Shown: in pieces, positions 49,601-59,300 of the stretch
Layout of the letters: every line of letters starts with the position of its first letter
Numbering within the stretch: the stretch's first letter is position 1
Origin: a virus
Lineage: Duplodnaviria > Heunggongvirae > Uroviricota > Caudoviricetes
Direction: 5' to 3' (one strand)
IMG/VR virus record: IMGVR_UViG_3300030019_000007
Length of the DNA: 64,000 bases
The notes under the pieces: generated by a model
Told to the model about the DNA's origin: nothing
Database searches by the model: none
Seen by the model: only the letters and a program-made list of their open reading frames with translations
Position numbers and translations under genes: made by a program

Positions 49601-52600
49601 ACCCCATCAGAAGTTTTCATAAAATCTTCTGTACCAAAAGAATTGAATACAGGTAAATTAACATCAGTTAAATATGCGATATTAGTTTTATCAGTAACTC
49701 CGGTGATATGCCCTTGTAATAAGGGTTTAAAAGGTGAACCTTGTGATTGTCTCTTAGCCATCATAGCTGTTTGGAGAGAAGTAACTTGAGTTAATCTATC
49801 TTTCTTGCTATCTATTTTTCCTTTTGCAGGATGTGAATGGATAGTCCCCATTGTTGCTTGTTGATAACTATCTGACATAAGAACATCTGTCCAAAAATAA
49901 TGATTAAATAAAGGATTTAAATCATTATTTTCATTTCTAATTTTTAAGTAACCACTAGGAGTAACCCAATTTTTTTCAAATTCTGTTTGATTCTCTCCAA
50001 TTTTATCTAAAGCTTGAGAAAGAAGTTCGTCTGCTTTTCCAAATTTTGTATATTGAATTCTAACACCAAATTCTTTTAAACTTTCTGCAAATTCATTAAT
50101 ACTTTTAGACATTACTTTCTCAAACTTCTCAGAAGTTTCTTTAGCTGTTCCGCTATATATTTTTGAGTACTCTATAAGAGTTTCTGGTAATCCTATGTAT
50201 TTATTGCCATTTTCATCTTTAAAGTTTCTAATACCTAAATCTTCTACTAAACTGAATTTACTACCATTTGCTTTTGCAAAAGCTGAGCGAAAGACATTCT
50301 CTGGAATAACTTTCATCCATTTATCAATTACCTCAATTTTATTCTTAGTACTTTGATTTAAAGTAGGTAATTTGTGCATAAGTGCAAAATCTTCTAAAGT
50401 TGAGAGAGAGGATTCTGCATGATTAGTAAATGCACTTAAATAAGGCACAAGCATTCTTTCCCCTAAATTTTTATAATATTTTCTATTACTATAAAATAGA
50501 GATTCTTTCAGTCTTTGTGGACCGGCTTCTAATAATGTATAGTCACTTTCTTGACCAAACGGGCCATTTAAAGTAACTTTAACATTTAAAGGTATTTTTA
50601 ATGTGTTATGTGTGCTTTTATCTGTGAATACAGTAGGTTGAGTAAAAACAGTATCTGATTTTACCATTGACCCAAAATATTCATGTAAAATCATGGTTTG
50701 GGCTAATTCTGAGGGAGATAAATCACTTGAATGTTTTATTTGATCACCTACTTTAACATAAGTTCGGATCGACGGATCCAATACCATATGTGGATTATTC
50801 AAGAAAAAATTATTTTCTAAAGGTAATCCCTTAGTATGTCCTCCATTGTCTTTAACCATCATTTTTAAATGATCTCCTGTTAAGTACATGTGTCGTACTT
50901 CTGCTTGTAAAGGCATATTAGTACCATTAGCTACCTTGACAACAGCTCTATACATACTACCATTTATTAAGGCAATGGCTTTCGCTACTAAATTAATATC
51001 ATCACTCATTTTACTATATAAACTAGTAGTAAGAACTTCTCCATTACCACGTTTTTCATTTATAATAGTAAACCCATTATCTTTTCTTGCTTTTAAAAAT
51101 TTATTCTTCTTTGCTTCTTCTATATCTCCGCCAGTTTCTGACATTAATTTTTTTACAAAAATACATGAAGCAGCCATCTTACTAAGAGTTTCTGTAGTAC
51201 TAAGGTAACTATTATTAAGAGTATCAACTTTTAAATGAATAGCCTCTAATAAATCAGTATCTGTTTTAACATTAATGGTGGGAAGATTTTTCTCAACATA
51301 ATCTGCTAATACTGAATCCATACTTGTTAATAAATCATTATCCAAACTAGGATCTAATTTATTATTACCTAAAGTAACAACACCATTCTTTAAGTCTACA
51401 GATAAATCTTTTCCATCTTTTACTTTTGTAAAAGTAACAGTTCCGGTATTTAGATTTACTTTTATTCCTTTTAAGTCTGTGGCTATTTGGTCTTCAGAAT
51501 ATGAATAATTTGAGAGAGTATTCATACTATTTCTTAATGTAGCAGCATCTCCCTCATACAATTTAGAATCAGGATTATTAATAGTTACTTGTTTTAGGTC
51601 ATTATCATAGGTAACTTCAGTATAATTATTAAAATAAGTTTTATTGAAGTTAGAAGTTATTACACTAGTGTAATCTAAACCAAAATTTTCAGTATCTGAG
51701 TAAGTTTTTGCCGATAATTGATAATAGGAAGGCCCTATAAATGAAAGAATACTTTCCCCATTTAAATAGGGTTGTTTCTCATTTAATATTCTATAGAAGT
51801 TATCTCCTATAATGGCTTTTAATTCAGCTCCATCGCTATGTCTGTAAAAAGTAAGATATGTAGAGAGCAATACATCCAATTCTGAGGAATTACACCATTC
51901 ATCTGAAAGTAATCTTACTTTATCTGGGTTAACATGCTCTTTAACAAAAAATTCAAGTACTTCTTTTAATGTGGAAGTTGGACTACTTCTGTCATAATTA
52001 GGAATTTTACTTTTCTTTCCTAATATATTATTTGCAGTTTTAACAAAACTAAGCATTCTTGCTACTGTTGAGTCAATGGTTACACCATCTATTTCTTTCG
52101 TAACGTCAATTCTTCCATTTTTACTAATAAAAGGCATAGAACCCATTAACATTTTATATAGAGGAGTTTTTTCTTCTGAGAGTCCAAAAACTTCCTGAGC
52201 AGAAAAAACATTTCCACTTATATTATTTTTTATACTTACTGCATACTTTGGAGTTTCTCTAGATTCAAGAGGATTATTTGCTTGAGTATCTGCTACATGA
52301 AATACATCCTCACCATATATTTTAAGTAAGTTATCAAAGTTAGCGGAAATAACAAAGTCAATATAATTTTTTCTCTCCATTTGACTATTGACACTAATTC
52401 CTTTACTCCAAGCTTCTAATGTAGTATTTTTTACTTTAGCTACTTTAGTGTAATAATCAGAAATCTTTTCAATAATATTTTGATAATTTGGATTTAAATT
52501 ATTTACTGAAGGATCTGCATTATAAATATATAGTTGATTATCAGTATCAGCAAATTCAATGCCAGGGGCATTCTTTGATTTAATGAATTCCACTAAATCA

Positions 52601-53313
52601 AAGAATGTCTTTGCTTTATAGTCTTTAATAGTTCTATCTATATCAGAGTTAGTAGTATTGTAAATTCCTTTTTCTTTATTTACCATGAATCTACGAACTA
52701 TATTTAAGTTCATAGTTTTTTCCATAATAGTTTTAGCAGAAAGAGATCCCATAAATACTTTATTGAGGTCATTTGCAGTTTTTAAACCTGTAAAGGAAGT
52801 AATAGCAACCTCTGGTGATAATATAATAGTCTTTGCAGGGCTTTCGTCCACCGGTGGATTAACAGGAACAAGAGAAGATCCTATAGGAACATCTTCAGAG
52901 GGCATAAATGCTCTCATACTTTTGTTTAAAGAATTTTTATCGAAAAGATTAGTTCCAAATCTGCTTGAAAAATCATTATAAAATTTAGCAGTTTCTGTTA
53001 AATTTTTATTTTCTATTCCAACATTTGGGTCAAAATTTCTAGCTAAACCTCTATAAATAGCAGCCATATTAAGTGCCATTCCACCTAATCTACTATTTAT
53101 AAATTCCATTTCATCATGAGTAATTTCTCTACCATAACGGTTAGCCAGATCACTGGCTAACACATGGTTTACGAATTCATCTACATTATCTTTTATAAAA
53201 TCATTGGATCCAAATTTCTTTAGATCCAAATTATTTATGGCAAATTTAGAGAGTAATTCTTTAAATATTAAAGCTTCTCTACCACTTATTAATGAACAAT
53301 TATTTTTACTCAT
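43690..53313 (-). CDS. crAss-type virion RNA polymerase (double-psi beta-barrel, 3207 aa)
   Basis: ARIPGQGPQSF (about 46950-46980) and GEDYDIDK (46843-46866), matching the DxDxD motif of crAss-like vRNAP (DFDID in phi14:2 gp66). Confidence 0.85.
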   Translation of the reverse strand: MSKNNCSLISGREALIFKELLSKFAINNLDLKKFGSNDFIKDNVDEFVNHVLASDLANRYGREITHDEMEFINSRLGGMALNMAAIYRGLARNFDPNVGIENKNLTETAKFYNDFSSRFGTNLFDKNSLNKSMRAFMPSEDVPIGSSLVPVNPPVDESPAKTIILSPEVAITSFTGLKTANDLNKVFMGSLSAKTIMEKTMNLNIVRRFMVNKEKGIYNTTNSDIDRTIKDYKAKTFFDLVEFIKSKNAPGIEFADTDNQLYIYNADPSVNNLNPNYQNIIEKISDYYTKVAKVKNTTLEAWSKGISVNSQMERKNYIDFVISANFDNLLKIYGEDVFHVADTQANNPLESRETPKYAVSIKNNISGNVFSAQEVFGLSEEKTPLYKMLMGSMPFISKNGRIDVTKEIDGVTIDSTVARMLSFVKTANNILGKKSKIPNYDRSSPTSTLKEVLEFFVKEHVNPDKVRLLSDEWCNSSELDVLLSTYLTFYRHSDGAELKAIIGDNFYRILNEKQPYLNGESILSFIGPSYYQLSAKTYSDTENFGLDYTSVITSNFNKTYFNNYTEVTYDNDLKQVTINNPDSKLYEGDAATLRNSMNTLSNYSYSEDQIATDLKGIKVNLNTGTVTFTKVKDGKDLSVDLKNGVVTLGNNKLDPSLDNDLLTSMDSVLADYVEKNLPTINVKTDTDLLEAIHLKVDTLNNSYLSTTETLSKMAASCIFVKKLMSETGGDIEEAKKNKFLKARKDNGFTIINEKRGNGEVLTTSLYSKMSDDINLVAKAIALINGSMYRAVVKVANGTNMPLQAEVRHMYLTGDHLKMMVKDNGGHTKGLPLENNFFLNNPHMVLDPSIRTYVKVGDQIKHSSDLSPSELAQTMILHEYFGSMVKSDTVFTQPTVFTDKSTHNTLKIPLNVKVTLNGPFGQESDYTLLEAGPQRLKESLFYSNRKYYKNLGERMLVPYLSAFTNHAESSLSTLEDFALMHKLPTLNQSTKNKIEVIDKWMKVIPENVFRSAFAKANGSKFSLVEDLGIRNFKDENGNKYIGLPETLIEYSKIYSGTAKETSEKFEKVMSKSINEFAESLKEFGVRIQYTKFGKADELLSQALDKIGENQTEFEKNWVTPSGYLKIRNENNDLNPLFNHYFWTDVLMSDSYQQATMGTIHSHPAKGKIDSKKDRLTQVTSLQTAMMAKRQSQGSPFKPLLQGHITGVTDKTNIAYLTDVNLPVFNSFGTEDFMKTSDGVSIVPMAQMIMQNNALLDNKVGHNMKTLGFSMDPYYNSFGLMKHAEFGATNEWTRRSVNGRFDLRNLYSNAYGIPFTSTLPNGVEFRPNLLTDFNGRPITINTIAPDGLFYYKDNTVFQVTKMAHEQTITGGKRALEDALSPNYIFSIKNTITGETIDTPPTPINTLFDLWQNLGAENSVSYNPDGAIQASYSYSDTSHYALAEVMNRVGVWQDEKGKRYLKERYNLTDSQIMEWMPTRKFDKTRVGKIPTQNEVWQPLKDNFIGKFVFSSAQKAGAQSIQSVDRAFSIRDAENPMVHSKVSILSTGLLLDYEHHVENSELTEMSQIVSALIFNGETYSIANDAYSSLGKLVGVKLQKLINGIDEFKQFKNKDKLYKEVTKFLVKTFESKDQQSIAGFIASLAKRDMINSASALPVAKEEIQTEALRNLAEEEGDSDKMNSLLEMGAKMPFSSNLYNSFVSLLSNNLNKSAIKRKHPGMSAVIKPSGGIVQVYDIPTVDNNGVTNIRTVTSDVFRNKYKSQISSVAMKADDASLFDWVTGKDGVNIYLDTTYKLRAFKKANLGDDVMKMYGMARDLKPEEVKFNIPGKGQSMTIFETKDFGVVMSFLDIQKIIDNAQINDVQKVKNIKALMASKDFDSQLFTEILSKSYTPEALKLLMSNPLSFKSQGNKISQIFKNRMRNIYRELDKNSRIMIDGKWVEVSEVNTIPGEALGPHIYRSKFGLPEGLSLDDVTPEYIENRLNLKSMPKTDDADLYLVRNDGNHVYIFNELSYEANKDNFLPSDLNVQNIDGENWVVDDFGDKEYKVDEGTQIFKYKSLKGELLDAVVVDSPETIQKYFKGATPNDDLGKRDMLALNKLNAQHVYSSFHIANEFTSARIPGQGPQSFTALRIVEFLHTEANTVMTNHFTTWLKGEDYDIDKGFWLGSTINKQGKYVGWSILFDYSTPDQLRLSTRLPIPDGNPKKFTEHQPEITLSPEEGLSILNPILTRQKVDALNKIARVDTYDIAGLSSEEYSQISESVDNYFSEQLDEKTMEDGVKNKISRSMFHMIASPLNQVHAESPITLGDVQEAAAKSSSSEILNPYNPALKYLLQDANMVGKQVIGIAAVGLKVWSVLSYWGNNKLVNNNLEDAFINKEVTINGKKHTFPIIANLNFGNHNSEHEEVAKEKFMNFVINKLELLGESKEAIDQVIKETKDQFNLNYDQSLVLSAILSAATDNAKELALSKINAGPLTAGVYVYLTMLGVPFNEISDMMITPDIKWIVKNSRTDIYDKSTIFNNVKNATKAWTNGPSLFNTVDKIDKFFAIEDWARTNIPKIMELTPWQKKFISIKKGEPPIDVLSVQGVRKLLAGQDADSEGNIPQVPFEKIQKYFKDLRKLGFPENLSPVAKGALSEEDSFAAEELGDEFGQSIGTVIRGISKDIHKHFDTVERYLEEVGDTTSGNRQSRVDEFDQIYKDSEEVKTLGRILNANQGIKTNPYTQYSFHQAVDGFVLDRYAMFMYGDPKKPFDTETTQEKQQILSGQIANKFGITRLDAQKLLNETMGRFNFKRYLASDGIERDVVKFVYNKIKATFNIFDIIDTAPHFKEMLKVPGLMEDIKDTLSVKARSINNMIEEIFDNNILAKKVVKNEATGEIEFERKPTISDKNYIKISDFCNDILILKWLRQLPEEKSSFDYEANGAYKFNDKNELNYVPFENGPTTVKIDLSTIEGRRGFIDIFHDLMIDFKRDPKYLQNSFLQALRVDWKMDNLTGEEYQFYKLPINILSVNDYNRGAFNSYVLSFNDLTYDVEPKTRMKVKDLFYLYDTLVHKGKVNRESLGKLFEYDNNYSTDSLLYDFINTIGKMDYNNENLTEISKVGAKGDYDIDEIIIKGFAEKIFPSELDKFRGKYAYSVTSNADDTRSIQYYKWDEASESYDEYSHFMDSRAMPFSTDSPRALDKVNKLKTNLYDLIKEKLLTLRNIKNIQINCD

Positions 53314-53316
53314 ATT

Positions 53317-56300
53317 TTATGATTTACAGGTTTTATTATCAGTTGTAGTAAGATAATCTTTTAACATTTCTAGAGTCTTTGCATTTTTTGGTAACATTAA
53401 TAAATCTGTGGCATTCTCATAATTAACATTTGGTTGCTTTCCCTCTGCAATATCAATCAATGCTTGTCTATCTCCTTTAATATAAGTTAAGAGAACTTGT
53501 AATTCTGCATTTCTCGGATTATCTTGTATTAATTGGGTGACACTTTCCCCTAAATTTGTTTGTAATTCTATCATTTGTTCAAAAGTTGGTGGCTCGAATT
53601 TAGGAGCCTTGGTTACTACATTTAATTCTTTTGTGATTGGATCATATGATCCTTCTACTACAAAAGTACTATTTTCTGCCTTAAAATCAAACCTTTTAGT
53701 GTTTTTATTGTAAACAATAGAATCTTCGTCTATCTTACTATCTTTTATTTCTGGGATAAGTGATTGAGATTCTATAGCATTAGTTATGTCCTCTGGATTT
53801 ACAGTATCAGTATGTATTATTTCTTTAGGTGTTAAAACTGTTGCTATAGAAGTCATATTATCTTTCATAGTAGTTACTTCTTTTACAATTTCATCATCTG
53901 ACATACCTTTAAATGATTTATTCTCAATACTTTCCATTCCTTCTGTCATAAATTCATGTATATCATCTTTTCCAACATTTTTACCCGCTTCAATCAAATG
54001 TTCTTTAAGAGTTTGTTTTGCCAAATTTTCAGAATCTATACTTTTAGCATTCTTTTGTTCTGAAGTTACTACATGGTCTAAATCTAAGATCGAATCAAAC
54101 ATAGTTGGAAGTACATTTGTAGTAAACTTACCTGCCGCAATTTCAACATAGTCCGTTATAGGAGTGGTATCCGGTTTTCCACCTAAATTTCTCTCATAAA
54201 TAGCATGTGTAAAAATACCATGAGGGTATTCTACTTTAAGATAATCATTAAAACCATCAAAAAATTGTTTTCTAAGATCAGGTCCTGCAAATTCTCCAAG
54301 TTGAGCATAGTATTTTCCATTTTCCATACCTCCGTCAATTGCAACTCCTAGAGCTACTAATAATCTATAAGTATGGTTATACTTAAAGTTATATCTCATC
54401 CCTACTCCATTTACTTTAGCTGTTGGATCTGAATTTAATCCGGTAATTATTCTACTAATTTCAGAAATTTTAGCTTCTTGATATTTAGCAGACTTAAGAG
54501 TATCAATTACTAAAGGATCCGCTTGAAACATTTCATGAATTCTCGTTAAGATTTCTTTACCTCCACGATATAATACTTTCTCTGTAGCAGTTGCTGTTTT
54601 TTCGTCTATTTTATTTTTAGTAATAGCAACCATATTGGTAATTGAATTATAAATTCTGGCAGCCATTTCGGGTGACGAACTTAATCCAATTGGTTTTGCT
54701 GTTCCTTTAGGTTTTCTAACTTCCTCCATTAGATTTGAAATCCATTGACTTGGTTCCACTCCTGATTCATCTAAAACTACTAATTTAACTCTAGGAACTG
54801 GAAGATCTGAAATAGCAACTCCTTCTTTCATAAGTCTTCTATTCTCAATCATCTGTGATATGTACATATTCTTTAATTCAGAGGAATCTCTAATTGTAGG
54901 ATCAAAAGTGCTGAAATATATAGTCCTTCCGATAAGTTTTCTATCTTTAGCCCATTGTACAAAAGCAGAATCTCCATCAGTATCTTTAATTGGTGCATGT
55001 CCTGTAATTAAATAAGTTGGAGAAGATAACCCAGTTTCTCTATCTTTTTTAACATCATCAAAAGTCATTCTTTCTTTGTAATAACGTAATTGAGCATTAG
55101 TCATTACTTCTAAAGCATCAAAAGTATTATCCTTATCAATCATCAAATTTACTGGACCTGTTTCCACTTTACTTTTAAGATCTGCTGTCATTTTAGAAAA
55201 TGTTGTATCTAACATACTACCCTCTTTGTGTTCTTTAATTCTCTTTAAAGAACTAAATGGAGCTAAAGTAAAGTATACAGGAGATAAATCTTCATTAGTC
55301 TCTTGGTCTACTCTAGGAATTTCTAAAGCCATTCTAAAGAATGGTTCATTTTTATTTTCTAAAGTAGAATCATAATTAGCTGTATGAGTTCTATCAAATT
55401 TAGAATCATATTTAGAAACTCTAATTACTATTTGAGCTTTATTAAATTGAAGAGAACTATCTATTTCACCAATAAGTTTCTCAACCATATCCATGTCTTT
55501 ATAGTAAAATAAAGAGGCTTTAATATTTTTTAAAATATTCTCAAATCGATCTTGATATTTAGAAGGGTCACTCACAGTACTTAATAAATACCCCATATCC
55601 TCATTTCCCTCTCCTAAATCCCATTTTTTAGTTTGTTTATCATAGGATGCTGACCATCTATTATAAAATGGATAAGTTATAATCTTATTATTAACATATT
55701 TATTAGGATCTGATTCATAAGAACGTACTACTCCTCCTCTATTATCTATAATTTGACGAGTATTTTGTAGTTCATCAAAAATATTAGAGAGTAAAGATAC
55801 TTCCGGAACACTTGGACTTGAAGTATTAGCAACTTGTGCTGCTTTAGTAGCCTTAGGTTCTGGTTGATCAAATGGAAATGATGCAGCAAGTTGATTTAAA
55901 ATAGTAACTCTACCATCTTTATAATCTTGTACTAATTTAGGATCTAATTCTGTAGGCAAAACATCTTTCTCTATCATATGAGTTACACTAAATAGTTTAT
56001 TTTTAGTTAATCCATTATCAGAGATTAAAGTACCTGAACGAGAACGAGAAGTTAAAGTATATATATTTGAGATCAAATTACTTATCCCAAAATTTGGGTC
56101 AGTGGTAAATTTTTCCCAATTAACATCAATTACAGTATTATCATATTCTTTACCTTGAACTTCACCAATAGATTTAATCTCTATCTTATCACTTAAAATA
56201 GGATCATTTGCAATTTCTTTAGCAAGTCTAGACTCTAAATTATCAGTGATAAATCCTATTTTGCCTTTAGCTGTACTGGCCAATTTTCGTAGAGTTGCAG

Positions 56301-59300
56301 AAGTTAATTCTGACTGATCAATGATTTTTTCCCCATAAATTGCACCGCCTTCTCCAGTAAAACTAGCTAATTTAAATTCATTTCCGGAAGTACCAGTAAA
56401 TTTCATTAAATCTGCAATAACATTCGTGTAAGTATAATCGCTAGTAACTTCTACTTTTCTATATAACTCATCTATATAATTATATAAGTTTACTACTCCA
56501 ATGAGATTCTTTCTTTTAATATTATTAGAATTACGTAAGGAAGACCCTAATTTAGGAGTTCTCCAAACATGGAATAGATTAAGATTATGCTTCTCATTAT
56601 TTATTAATGCTCCATTTTGTCTAGTATCCCCTAATAATACTAATCTTGGAGGATTACTCATATTATCAAAAGTTTGTTTAACTAATTGTAACTCAATATT
56701 AGAGAGATGGGTTGCCTCATCTATAAAGATAACATCTGGAAGATTTTTTCTCTCAGCGTCCCCATTTAATAAAGAAGTATCAACTTTATTTAATTTCCAG
56801 AAAGCGAATTTTTTATAACCTTTACCTTCTTCTAAACCTTTAATATCAGTTTGGGCAGGTTTTCCATCATTTGTTGGTATAAAATAAGTGTCCTCTATTT
56901 TTGAGATATATTTTGAATTTTTAGCGGATTTACTATCCATAGTTGTAGTGGCCATTATCTCATCCACTATTCCGGATTGTTTTTTATCTCCAACAATAGC
57001 TTTTAATAAAGTAGCTTTATCCATTACTTTGGTAGCTCTACCTTCTAAACTATCTTGTAATTGTTCTGCTTGACTTAAATGAGGAGCAGATGCCCAAAAA
57101 GTTAATCCTCTAGCTTTTAATAATTTTCCTAATGCATTTCCTAAAGCTGAAGTTTTTCCTGCGCCTGGTACACCATCTGCAGCAACTGTATTAGTTAAAG
57201 GTTCAATAATTTTAGATAAATAAGCTCCCTCAGTATTTCCAATTTTTGAGATAGCCATGTTCATCCATGTAGGATCTATAATAGCTCCATAAGCAATTTT
57301 TACAGAGTACTCTTGACTATAAAATGGAGCATATTTGCCAGCTTCAATTCCATCATAGTGTCCTCCTCCTAAATCGTTTCCTCTTAATGCATTAATAAAC
57401 TCAGAAGGATTTACCATAAAACTGGTATTTAACCATATATATGTGTCTAAAGGTTGAATAGTGTCGGCTGTAGAAGAAAAATCAGTTAATTTTGGATGTG
57501 ATAATGCTATTGGAGAAAATATGTCTTGTGTATCTTTTGACATAACACCGTTAGCATCTATACCAAATAGTTTATTAAATACATATTCTTTACCTCCATT
57601 TTTCATATTCTTATCTACTAAATCTTGAACTCTATTATATAGAGTCTGTTGAATAGTGTTTCTTTGAATTTCAAAGTTCAATAAATCTTCAGGAGAAGAA
57701 GGTAAAGCTTGTTTATTAGTACCTCTTTTTGACGTAATAATGTTTTGTAAAACAGAAGCATTGGCTATTGCTGCGGTAATGGAACTATCAAAGAATTTCT
57801 CACCATCAATAGATACATTATCTAATAATTTAAATAAAGGGGCATTAGGAGTTAGTTGTTCATAGAACATAGCTTCCATATTAAGACCCGATTCTCTCGC
57901 ATCTTTTATTTTATCCTCAGAATTTAATTTACTTAGTCTAAGTAAAAAATCTATTTTTTGACCTATTATTCCAATCTCATTTCCTAATGCTGTGAATTGA
58001 TCTTGAGAAATAGTACCTAAGTTACTATCTTTAAAACTGTTATTAATAACATTATTATAGCCATTAAACCCATCAGTTTTATAATCATAATTAGTTGAGG
58101 CATTCATTACACTAACAACTTGACTTAATAAATCCATGGCATGTTCCAAATTTTGATGAACATCTGGTTTATTAATTTCATAATCTGTCATTTTTTCTAA
58201 TTTCTCAATAGAATCAAATTCAGAAGTTAATAGTGTTAAGATATCTGAGGGTTTTCCATCGTGAATGATCGCATATTTTTTAAGTAATTCATTTAGAGTA
58301 TCTATAGATTTACTTTTAGTAATATTATCGAAAGTAGCAAGTTGTTGTAAAACATCTTGTGCTTCATTTGAAGCAATTAATTGGTCAAAATATTCATTTA
58401 TAGTTTGTTTATCAACAGCAGGATCAGTAGAATCAGTCTTTGCTTTTTCTAAATATTTCTTTCTTAGATTGTCTAGTTCTGAAATTTTACTCGCGTAAGT
58501 GTCATTAGCAATTTGTTCTAAAGTTCCATCACCAAAACCTAAAAGTTTAGTATCTCCATCTTGGAAATTACCATCTTCATCTAAAGATGAAGGTCCTTTT
58601 GTTAAGTCATAAGCTTCCCTGTCTAATCCCACATCTTTAAGAGTAAAACTAGTCATGACATTTCTCATATCTTTCACTACTGAGGCATCCAATCTTTGAT
58701 ATTCTGGATTAGCAATGACATTCATGATTTCATCTCTTGCGGCAACTCTTGGTCCTATTTCATTTGCAGCAGTAACATTAAGTAATTGACTAGCATAGTT
58801 ATTTCTATTTAAAAATAACTTTTCTTGAGCCAAAACATCCATGGTATCTTTAGAGAGAAAAGAAAGTGTTCTTAAAGTTCCATGATCTTGAAAAGTTGGG
58901 GGTGGCGAAGGTAACCCAGGTATTACAATTGATGGATTGAAAGTTCTTTCCATGTTTATAAGACTATAATGCCCTTCTCTTTGATCTGCATATACAGCTA
59001 AATCTCTTAAAACCGTAGAGAACTTTTCATTAACTTGGGTAAATCTTTTATAGGCTACTTTAATTTTATCTTTCCACTCTAAGTCTTTCCAAACATTATA
59101 TTCTTTTGAGGTCTCTTGTTTTTGTATTTCAGTAAGATTTGCATATTCAGTTCCTTTCGTACTCATTGCATAATCCTCTAAAGAGAGTTTAGCAAAAGAT
59201 CTATTAATCATAGGACTGATTCCAAAGATTGCAAATTTTTGATAATCTACAAATTTCTCTCCACTAGTGATTAATCGTAATTCTTCTTTTTTCTGACCTA

